DNA of 64,000 nt from assembly GCA_040954595.2 (NCBI GenBank), contig CM082596.2, positions 4,918,181 through 4,982,180 of the forward strand, written 5' to 3'. Source of the DNA: Balanoglossus misakiensis (lineage: Eukaryota; Animalia; Hemichordata). Positions 53,618 through 64,000 of this stretch are shown here, one piece after another. The notes beneath the pieces are model-generated. The model searched no databases and was not told the DNA's origin. It saw only the letters and a program-made list of their open reading frames with translations. Positions within the stretch are counted from its first letter, which is position 1. Each line of letters begins with the position of its first letter. The position numbers and the translations under genes are program-made.

Positions 53618-56600
53618 ACCCGCCAATCATACAACCACCTGTTTGAAGGGAAAAGGTAATATAGCCACGTTTCATAATCGACGAGATCCTCTTTGCGACG
53701 ATGAGATGTCAAAACAAAACCATACCCTAAATTCCTCCGTGTGATTGATTCCTTCTTAGGCATTGCGGCGTCTAAGATTAAACTCGTGAAAAGTCTTATT
53801 TGTATGAAAACCCACAATGCGCTTAATCAAATGAAGTCAACAAACTACCAGACCCTCAGACCCTAATTAGAGTGAAAATATCTCCGTTGTTCGTCTGTAT
53901 CCGTTTGATGTTTGCATTGCTCAGAAGTAGCAAGTTATACCATGAGTACATCAAACCAGGTTCCATGTATGGTCAAACAGTAGGAATTTTAGTGGCTCGG
54001 TGCTAAAAAGGTGGCCCATACATCCTTAATCCGTGCCAACTTGTACACGTATCCTTCCGTGGGTCAACCTCTAGGGGAAGACAATGTGACCTTCTTAGAT
54101 GAACTCGACAACAGATACCATGCAAGCGCCGATCTAATTCGAAATGATAGGCCGCATGTATATACATGTAAAATGGCGCTTTTAAACTTGTAGGATTAAA
54201 CCCGGGCAAGATAAAGAGACATTAGGCCGATTATTCTTCTTTGTGCTTCGTGAAAGATAACGGTCCCTATCTTTGTCTATCACCATGACTCTGCAGTCAA
54301 CATTTGATTTCATACAATGAACCACTAGTCACCTCTTTTTGTCCAGGGCGGACCTCCTCGAAATGTTGGGATTTTTTGATGTTGTGTATTTGTGTCCGTG
54401 AGAGCCGGACAGGGGAGGTCTCGCTACCCCCATTGCTAAAATCTTGTCTGTCTGTAAGACGGTATAGAAAATCTGAACAAGGCACTAGCGGGTGTGACCG
54501 TACTCCATGTTGCCATCGTGTGTAGGCCACCTGACGATTAGGCTTTTCTTGCTGCCTTTCAGATTTTAAAAGATACAATGGAGGAATTAGTAGTTCGGCC
54601 GGTAAAAGCCACTTGGGACAGCCACGCCATTCTAAAATGAAAGGAGAACCTGTGTGTTGCTTGAGGGGTGTCTCTCCACAAAGGACGTTGCTGTGGGCCG
54701 CACTTTGCGCGTTTTTCATTTTTGGCCTCCGCAGTGTTGAATCGCTGTGGCCGGCAGGGTTAAGATTCAATATCGTTTATATGCGGACGGGCCACATATA
54801 CACTGGGGATAGATGATTTCAGGCCCACCAAAGGGACAGTTGTGATAGAATAGAACATACAGGAAAGAAGATGACAGCCAGATAACAGACACTGAGACCA
54901 ATGGATGTGTACCACATCCATGCCGACATCTTGGCGATGGAGATGTTGGTGTACACATACATAGTCTACTGTCTATGGTATAAGAGCGAGTATGTACCTA
55001 CTCGATTCCATGGGAGTTATCTATTATAAACACCAACAGAGAACATTAACCCCCGTAGACCAGGAAAACTTGAGTACCCAAGCCTGTACAATCGAGTATC
55101 GCCATAGAAACCAGACGAAGCAATACACTTATTTGTTGACGCACACTTCATCTTGCACGGCACACAACAAGCTTACGTGTCAACCACGAGACTGATATCA
55201 GAGGCAAACGACAGCCCGAGGTACCCACGAGAGCACCCGGCCAGATTACAACCTAATCAGATATAAAAACTGTTACTACCGACTCCAAAATTAGCCCTTA
55301 TTAAACAGTGTAACGGCGATAGCGGTAGATTACATAGGCACAAGCTTGAGGGTCCGCAACAAAAAAGAAAACCTCTCTTTGCATGTTACCGCTGTCCCAC
55401 TCGATGGCAGACGTTATTTTTAACTAGGGTGATAAAGTGTAGTGCGTTCCAGTTTTGCCGTAAATCAAATGCGCAGTACAGTTCATCAAAAACAGATCTG
55501 TATAAACTTAGCCTATCTCATGACAGAAGGAGAAGTAGCCGCGCGTATATTTGATCGTGTCTTTCAACTTGTTATACAGTCTAGATTTGTCTTATTCATC
55601 ATGATAGTTGGTATGATAGTGTATGTTGACACTGTGTAATTCTCGTTTCGGAGATTACGGAACACATTGCTTGCCTTCTTCAAGATTCTAGAACAAATTC
55701 CTGCTCTGTATTTAGTGTGAGGTAAAGAGGGTTGCAAACTTACCTTTAATCTGCAGAGTAACAGGCCGAGCTGACTCGAACGACCAAGGGATGAAGAGAT
55801 CGGGACATTCGGCAAGTCTTGCGGTAGGCCTGCTGTGTTTCACGGGTGCACATTTATCAAAGGCACGGGGGTTGTTGAGAAGTGTCACGGGTTTGCACCC
55901 ACCGACAACTGGCGTGTACTGAACGCCGGCGGGGGTTTAAAAGTCAAACAGCTCGCTTGTGCATAGTCGACGTGCTTATACACACTGTCTGGAGTACTCC
56001 CCGAACTCCTTATCGAAAAATTATTGCAACAAACAGCGCTATAGACATCGCGAGTCGAATGATATGTGCGGGTTGCCATGTCGACACAGGGAAAAATCGA
56101 AGTTTGGTACGTGAGGGGGCGGGGTATTGGTCGAGGGTCAGACGTGTAGGACCTGTAAGGGGCAATTTGAAACGGATTTGTGACGTTTGACGACAGCAAT
56201 TCGTCGTAACAGCGACATTTTATCATGCTTTGATTTTACACCCAGTATTCAAAAATCTAAAAGTCGAACTCAACAGGTGTCCCTCGGTGTTACCGAATTG
56301 AGACGGCTGACCTGTTTCCGACAATTGCCGAAATATTTTCCACGTGACCTGTGTGACCCGCCACATTTTTACGAATTATTTCCAACACATTTCATCTCCT
56401 GGGTGCTCAGTCACAAAAGGGTTGGCTGAAGTTGGCTGGCTGAGGGATTAAGTCCAATTCACCGAGCTGTGTGAACATTAGGCAAGTTGTTTAAGTTCGT
56501 CTGCATCCGATGAATCGTACGTCGAAGTAGTCGTGGTGTTCTGGAATCGATTCTTGTGTACGTGTTTGTGGTTGATATGGCTTTTATCGTTGTTATTTCC

Positions 56601-57072
56601 AGTTGTATATCATTAATTCGGGAAAAACGAGCTTTTCCCATACCAGTGTCTGTATATCGGTGTAATTAATCAATCAAGTGAACTTTGTGCAGAACACAGA
56701 ATAGTGACGTATGCACTATTTCCACACAGCTGGCAACTTAGTGAAAGAACATCAAAATATTATATAACTAGATTTAACTTTTATTAAGCCAGTTTCCATA
56801 GAAATTTTACATCAGAAAAAAATAAGTTGTAATAATCAAATTTAAATACATGATATGAAGTCTTAAATACTATTAGCTACTTTACATCGACGAGACTAAA
56901 GATATCATACAATAATTTATTTCAGGAAAATTCATTGCATACAAGTGATAAACCAAAATCGGTTGAGTCTACACATGTAAGGCATATAGTACTATTCTTC
57001 AACATTCATCAGTAGTTGTTTATGAATGAGGAGTCGAGTTCCTGGCGTTGTCGATTCGACCACATCGGGAAA

Positions 57073-58380
57073 TCACGAGCGAAATTTGACACTCCGGACT
57101 CTAGTTGGTCTGTCCGTGGATAAATACAATTCTTTCCTCAGAGTCGATGTCAAATGAACCACCGAATCGATGCTGCTGATTTCTCCCTTGAATTCGGTGT
57201 TTGCTTCCCGTAGGGCCTGCACGATGTCCCGCCTCCCGTGGGACTTTTCCAGGGCGTGTACGAGTCTGGTGACGTAGGACACACTGAAAGGCGGGTCTCT
57301 CCCGCGGTACTTCCAGACACAGGACGCGACCAGGAAATCGACGTCGGTGGGACGGGACGCCACGGTCGCCACGGGTTCGTGATCAGTGCCCGTCAGTTCG
57401 CAGTTGAGGTTCAGATGATACCCGGCGAACTTAACGTTTATTTTCTCGCCGTACAACTTCTCTATGTTCTGCACGTCCACCTCGACCCTGGGCGCCGGGT
57501 GCGACTCCACGAAGAACAGCTTGGGCTTGCCGCCGAGCGACGGGCACCGCCGCCCGTTGAAGTCGGTGATCAAGTCGTGCAGTCGGATCGGAACGCCGTC
57601 CGAGCCGTACACGTGAGTCCGTGTACCACGTGACAGAATGCAACAAATGTAGGAATCGTAGTGCCCGTGGTCCTTTTCGCTGACCATGTCAGATTTCTGC
57701 TTGAGTTTAGCCGCCGTCAGATCCGGGTAAACTAGTACAGTATAACCAAGGTAGTGGAACACACGGGTTAAATACTCTGAAAATGGGAAAATGAATACTG
57801 TTAGGCGACGGAGATAATTTATAGTTATTATCGAGTGATTAAAGACCAATTCGATCAATAAATGTCGGTAATGCAAGACAAAACAAACACAGACTGCAAA
57901 CTCATGCAACAATCCATCGATCGATTTACAGTCGTTAGAATTTGTATCATGGCGTTTTGCCAGATACTTGTACTGACCAATTTCGCAGTTAGGTCAGTTC
58001 TTATATTCGTAATTTTCATAATTGCGAAGGGGAACTATAAATTCTCTTCGACACTCAAGGTGTCTTGCACTGCACTCACCGACATCTTCTTGCGTACCAG
58101 GCCTGCTGGGTAATTGCAAACTTTGAGGGCAGTCTTTGTCTCTGTTGAAATTCTCTATGGCAACGATGAGCGCCAGTCCGTGGGGTTTGCAATTCGTCTC
58201 ATAGCGCTCGATTTCCGGTTCCTTGGTCTCTTCGGGGACTACGTCGCCCCGGTGGTGGTGACGCGAGGCCGCAGTCCCCGATCGCAGGTTTGTCCGCCTG
58301 CTTCTCCTCGTCGTCCTGGCGCTCACCAGACTGCTGTAGCTGTAGCGCCAATGCAACTCAGTCGAACCTCGTGTCGTCAT
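57073..58380 (-). CDS. Caspase-like (p20/p10) protein B, predicted catalytically inactive; coding exons 58380-58080 and 57776-57073
   Basis: YETNCKPHGLALIVAIENF..RPGTQEDVEYLTRVFHYLGY..YICCILSRGT..CPSLGGKPKLFFVESHPA..DFLVA..TSTLRKELY; same intron position as gene A. Confidence 0.85.
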
Positions 58381-61300
58381 GTTGCGTCAGACCTGAAAAG
58401 AGACTGTAATGAAAAAGTCAATCCATCTTCTCTATTTACAATTTATCCCGTTCAGAATTCAACGTATAAAAGTTAAGCGGACTTTAGTTGCTGTAGCCGA
58501 GGAAAACCACTGAGAAAGGGGTTTACCTGTGAAGGTGTGAATGAGCTCGACATTTCGTGAAATGAACTTGGCCGCCGGGTCAACCTGAGTTTTATTTGGT
58601 ATGTAATTCAATCGCTTACCTTGAAATGACCAGTATTCAAATATTTGTTGATGTCAACAAGAAATGGAAATTTTAAACGGAGCGTCGCGACTAGGAAGAA
58701 TGGCGCTGTGCTGAACTTTGTATCGAGCACGTGTGTTCCTAGCAATCTATAAGTCAGCGTATACGTGTAGCCTATAGTATCGCGTACTCGATACTTGGAG
58801 ATTTGTGAGTTTTTGGCTAGAGCACTCGATGGTGTGGTGGCGATGGCGGGGATAGATTAACCACACACAGAGATGCCCTCTGCCAACCCTTGATTGTGAT
58901 TTAATACAACTTCGATGAGGGGTGTCGGCTTGGGGTGTTCTCCTAACGACACACCGGGTCGGACGATCGATATATCGTCTGGGGCGGTTCACGAACTCGG
59001 CGCGATAAACGTATTATTACAGAAACGATGCCGGCATTTGTTTTGTTCAACTTTGTCCTGGGATGCTACAAGCGCATTACGCTGATTGGTGACCTCTGCA
59101 CCGAGAAAACATAAAAATATGTACAGCAGGAACCGGGGCACAAGAACCCAGGTTATATACTAGTATACGGTGTACTGACTCTGTGCCCACGTAATTAAAT
59201 CATAACACGGGCTCCTAGAAACGGAGCCCTCGCCAACCACCTGTGCCATTTTCAAATCCCTTTTCTCACCTGTGATTCGCTCATTACAATTGGTCCCAAA
59301 GTCGGAGTATTCGACGAATTCTAAAGAATCCGGAGCCGAGTCAATCTACCAGTCATGGAGTCATGTTTTTTTGTAATCTCCTGGTATTTTGTTTTGAGCA
59401 ACTGAGGATTGTCGGTCGGTTCCTACCACTCAAGTGATTAGCGCTGTGTATACTAGCTCGGACAGAGGTCAAGCCCAGCTATTTCTAATGGCCGGATTCC
59501 GGCCGGAGTTTGTCTGTGGCCAACAAGCGGTCGATACACACTAACCCAACTTTTAACCTTGTCGGCAGCGGTTTTCTCGAGTACCGCTCCGTACTTAACC
59601 CCTTCATTCTTATACTTTCTCTGTTTAGAAGACCAACTTTACCATTAAAACAGTGGCTATATTGAATCAAACTATGGTGGCAAGAACGACCCGAATACAT
59701 TGCATTCCCCAACGGCGGATTACGGTAATAAACGTGTATAGCGGTGAAGTGTCTATATATAACAAACGCCGCATATAAAGGAGAATAGTACCGCAATCAC
59801 ACTTACCATTGAAGTATAACGGCAGATGACCATTCAAAGTCCGCCACCTTTGTAACAGTCTTCTTGTAAATTACTGTCCTGTCCACGATACGCAACGCCA
59901 CCTTCAAACAGCGTGTGTACACTCAGTGAGTGTGTATACATACGGTGCTGGCATCGATACACAAAACGAGGCGGGGTCCGTTAGCCTGGCGCAAGGTTGG
60001 CCGTTGCTACAGCTTATCGTGTCAACAAGCTTTTCGGCTGAAACCGAAAACAGCCGAACCTACCTGACCATCCCTTCAAACACGCATAGTGTTTTTTTCT
60101 TTGCTTAGCCATTGTTCTCCTTTAGAAACCTCTCATCTCCTTTCACAACAACCAAACCGCTTATAATTGTGCTTTACTTTTACAAGGAGAGCCGGACAAA
60201 AACCCGACACGACGCCCAAAATAGGTCTCTTAAAAGGAAAAACTGACAGATCGCTTTGATGTCGCTGGACGCTAGGAAACCACAAACTACAACAAGCATT
60301 GAGAGCTGAGTATACTATAACAAGCTTGCCCGGTCCAAAGCCTTGAAAAGCCCTTGGAGTTTTTCAATACTAAAGCGAAATGAAAGCTGAGGCGTCTTCA
60401 GAAATTGTCCGCTGATCCAAACGGTGATTTTCTTTATTGCTTCTTTCACGCGGTTGACATCATTAGCGTCCGTGTCACCGCGACTCAAGAAGTCAGCCAG
60501 ACAAATACTGTTCGTCAATAGTTTGTTTTATTGGCTTTTTCAGAGTCGTCGCCGAAGTCGGGTCTGGGGGAAAGTTATGTCCTGGCTGTGCAGAATGACA
60601 AGCCAGTGTGACCATCGCTGATGCGGGTAATTGTCTAAGCCGTCCCGTACAATTGGATTGGCACGTAGCCCTTGGGGGACTCGCAAAGATTCAACGGCCT
60701 TTGTGCGACCGTGATGATCAGGTACGCACACACACAAAGACACTTCAGCGGGTCACCACGACGTCGTAAAAGATTTCCAAGTGGTTTGTTCGTCCCATTC
60801 CAATCCCGTAGCGCAGCGCCAAAGCCACCGTCGAAAGAGCGCCGTTGGCTATTCAAGAAACAGATTGCGGAAAAAGCACACAGCTTGTTTGTTTCCGTGG
60901 AAACTTGTCTTCCATAAACACAAGAGAAGCTGTATGTTTCTACGGGTACAAACACATCCAAATCTATAGCCTTCATTCCAAGGTCTTGGCCTCAGGTTTT
61001 CTGCGCATAGAGTTTCTGGTCCGAGTTCATGCTCAGTATACCGTAGATGTTAGTGGTAGCACTGAGACCAACGGTTTACTGCGAAAATGCTTTAATAATA
61101 ATCGTCCAATACAAATTGAAAGCACTTTGGCAAATTGTATTTATTTACATAATATACACGTCGATGTTCAAAAATCATGACTTGAGATAAGAAAAATGCC
61201 TGACGGTATGAAATATTTAAATTTGACATTTCATGATATAATATTATGGGAATACTGCTGAGTCAAAAGGTTACCATTGTTTATCGGGATGGTGAACGTG

Positions 61301-61698
61301 GTAAGTTGAATTAAACGCAGCTAATCTTGGTTTTGGATTAGTTCAAAAGACTCTAGTATACCAGGCAGATTAATTGAGGGAGGTAGTCTAGTTGTAATGG
61401 TGGCGGTCAAAATATTACCAGGTTGGAGTTTGGTTTCATGTCACACTGCAAATAACTGTCAGTTTTCTGCAGTCCACTACCCCATTTACAAATTTGCATC
61501 CCCATTAACATTTCCATTGTCCAATTTTCACACCCAACCCTTCTTTTGTTTTCTGATGCACCTGGTCCTGCACATATTTCCTACTTTGTATGTAAATGAT
61601 CCTCAACTGAACTTGGTGACCCTCTATGCACGTAGAAATACAGGCGATCATGGCAGATCTCCTGCAACTTTTGTAATGACATCTCAACGGTCAGTTAA

Positions 61699-61872
61699 AG
61701 GTATACGGTCACCTATACAAATTTAGCCACAGTTACCATGGTAAATTGAGATCTAACCAATCACAGATTTTCAGTGGGTGGCACACGCGAAAATAAAGTG
61801 TTCTTTAGAACACTCAAATACGCCATTTCAACTACATATGGCGATATGTAAATTGGAGGTGACCGTATACCT
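61699..61872. mobile_element. TTAA-flanked MITE (Kolobok-like termini)
   Basis: TTAA|AGGTATACGGTCACCT...AGGTGACCGTATACCT|TTAA, perfect 16-bp TIR. Confidence 0.75.
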
Positions 61873-62138
61873 TTAAATACAAAGATTGTATATATACGTA
61901 TATTGAATTTATATATTTGTTACTTTGCACAGTTATGTTTGGAATATACAGTATCAGTCTCTGTTAAGCATACGTCCCTGGCTTGTTGCCATGCCACACC
62001 CAATCAGACAGTCTGTCCTTAATAATTAAGGTTTTGTTCTATTATATACATAATATATTAGTGTATGTAGTACATTATTTATAGTACTTTTATTTTGTGA
62101 TGGTACCCGTTGGTTTAAAGAAATTGTTCTCGTTAATC

Positions 62139-63631
62139 ATTAGGGTTTCGAGACCAGAGGGGTCTCGAAACCCTCTTGAAATCGTGTTGTTTTTTATTAT
62201 TATTATTCTTCTTCCCACTTTTAAAAACAGCCGCTATTCGAAGACCGTTGCACCCAATGACTTGAAATTTGGCTCATAGGTAAAACTCAAAGCAAGTAAT
62301 TTTATGATCATGTCACTATGGCAACAGGTCACATGACCTGGCAGCCATCTTGGATTTAAACTTTTAAATTGGTCTAATTTGCATAAAAAATGAAGAATCC
62401 AAATTCTGTTCAGAAACTTTGTGGACCATATGGCCAGGGTCCTATATGCCAAATTTCAATGTCTAAGTCCTTGCCGATTTTGAGGAGATGATTTTTAAAG
62501 CATTATTTTTCACATTTTCCATGACCATTGGACCCAGCCATTGGCCTATACTTTCCATGGTTAAGCAATGGCCCCCTAGGATTTTAGATTTATGCCCAAT
62601 ATCTCAACATCCGCTGGGCTGATCAGCTTCAAATTTTGTGTGCAGCTAGCCTACCTTCCGACAATCATTTCCAACTGGAAAAAATAGTATGGAAAATCGA
62701 CCTATTTTTTTAGATTAATTTTTTTATGAAATCTATACCTATACTTATTCCACTATACTTAAGCTATGGCCACATAGTTTTGTAGAATTCTGGTCAGTGC
62801 AATAGTCTGCAGCATAGGACCAAAATAAGAAGCCAAATTTAAGGCTCACCTGTGACACCTGCTCAACTCATTAATTATGTGCATACCTAATTCCAGGCAA
62901 ACCAATAGGGCTACAGGTCTGGTTTTTGTCGGACATGGACCAGTATGGGGTCAAATTTTTTCCCCAAATTTTGGGTGACCTTGGGTGACCTTTGACCTAC
63001 TTTCGCATATCTCAGCATCCAGAGCAGGTACAGCTCAGGTGTTTGGGTGGATGGGACCAAAATAAGAAGCCAAATTTAAGGCTCACCTGTGACACCTGCT
63101 CAACTCATTAATTATGTGCATACCTAATTCCAGGCAAACCAATAGGGCAACAGGTCTGGTTTTTGTCGGACATGGACCAGTATGGGGTCAAATTTTTTCC
63201 CCAAATTTTGGGTGACCTTGGGTGACCTTTGACCTACTTTCACATATCTCGGCATCCAGAGCAGGTACAGTTTAGGTGTTTGGGTGGACGGGACCAAAAT
63301 AAGAAGCCAAATTTTAGAGTCACCTGTGACACCTGCCTAACTCATTAATTATGTGCATACCTAATTCCAGGTAAACCAGTAGGGCTACAGGTCTGGTTTT
63401 TGTTTGACATGGACCAGTATAGCGTAAACATTTTCTGCTCATATTAAGCGTGACCTCACGTGACCTTTGACCTACTTTTCCACATCTCAGCATCCACAGC
63501 ACATACACCCTTGGCATTTGGAGTGATAGAACAACTAATGCAGTAATTAAATATGCACAAATCTATCTCCAGGCGAACCAATAGGGCTAGTAGTGTCTCG
63601 AAACCCGCTTATTGCTGTTCACAGCTATATT
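62139..63631 (+). mobile_element. Non-autonomous Helentron/HINE-like element
   Basis: 5' subterminal IR hairpin AGGGTTTCGAGACC..GGTCTCGAAACCCT, then a (TTA)n/(TTC)n tract, internal tandem repeats, a 3' subTIR GTCTCGAAACCC and a short terminal hairpin GCTGTTCACAGC followed by TATATTT. Confidence 0.65.
62817..63500. repeat. 237-bp tandem repeat, about 3 copies, inside the HINE-like element
   Basis: ggaccaaaataagaagccaaattt.. begins at 62817, 63054 and 63291. Confidence 0.9.
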
Positions 63632-64000
63632 TTTGGGGTTTGAATCGTTCGGAATCAAACAAGATTCCCAGATGTTCATATTGATAACTCTTAATACAAT
63701 ATTGAGCGTCGTTTCTGCCATTCAACGTCTGCATTTGGCCGCACAGCATTCGTCAATGTTACGTCAACGCTGTCCTGTTCACATGGCAACGGCCGCAGCG
63801 CCACAGCTGATCTCCTCTCCGGCGTTGCGAAGGTCAACATCTGTCGAGAATATAATGTAGAAGTAAAATTATTTCGCTGAAATTTTCACTCTGAACTCGA
63901 ATATTAGAAAGGAAATCGATCGTGGTCACACGCTTCGCTCTATGGGTAAACGTGATCATCAACTTTTTGATGGCATATAGATATATTTCTGTCAATCAAA

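Noticed and set aside
54003-56450. ORFs between the two pseudocaspases as DED/CARD exons or a transposase
   Set aside because: No recognisable domain motifs or consistent splice structure.
59485-61726. Short ORFs upstream of pseudocaspase B
   Set aside because: No recognisable homology or exon chain; cannot be supported from sequence alone.

Overview
Intron-rich animal genomic DNA, probably from a marine invertebrate (taxon not determinable here). From left to right: (1) the constant body of a very large minus-strand gene encoding Cys-rich/EGF-like exons and many FN3/Ig-like repeats (exon C1 starts at 10969; the gene runs off the left edge). (2) Upstream of it, four paralogous first exons (15015-21992), each encoding signal peptide + GW(WG)RRRR + TSP1 + EGF-like and each ending in a phase-1 donor compatible with C1. 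Further upstream lie two duplicated signal-peptide exons and a SUEL rhamnose-binding lectin exon (22886-24799). Together this looks like a protocadherin/UGT1-style variable-first-exon/constant-region locus and is the most interesting candidate system. (3) An EF-hand gene resembling SPATA21/EFCAB3. (4) A multi-exon ankyrin-repeat gene, head-to-head with (5) KRIT1, which carries a tandem pair of apparently mutually exclusive FERM-F1 exons. (6) Two tandem catalytically dead caspase homologues with c-FLIP-like active-site substitutions but no visible DED. Several MITEs and a Helentron-like non-autonomous element with a 237-bp tandem repeat are also present. Exon structures were deduced by eye from splice signals and reading frame; there is no transcript evidence.
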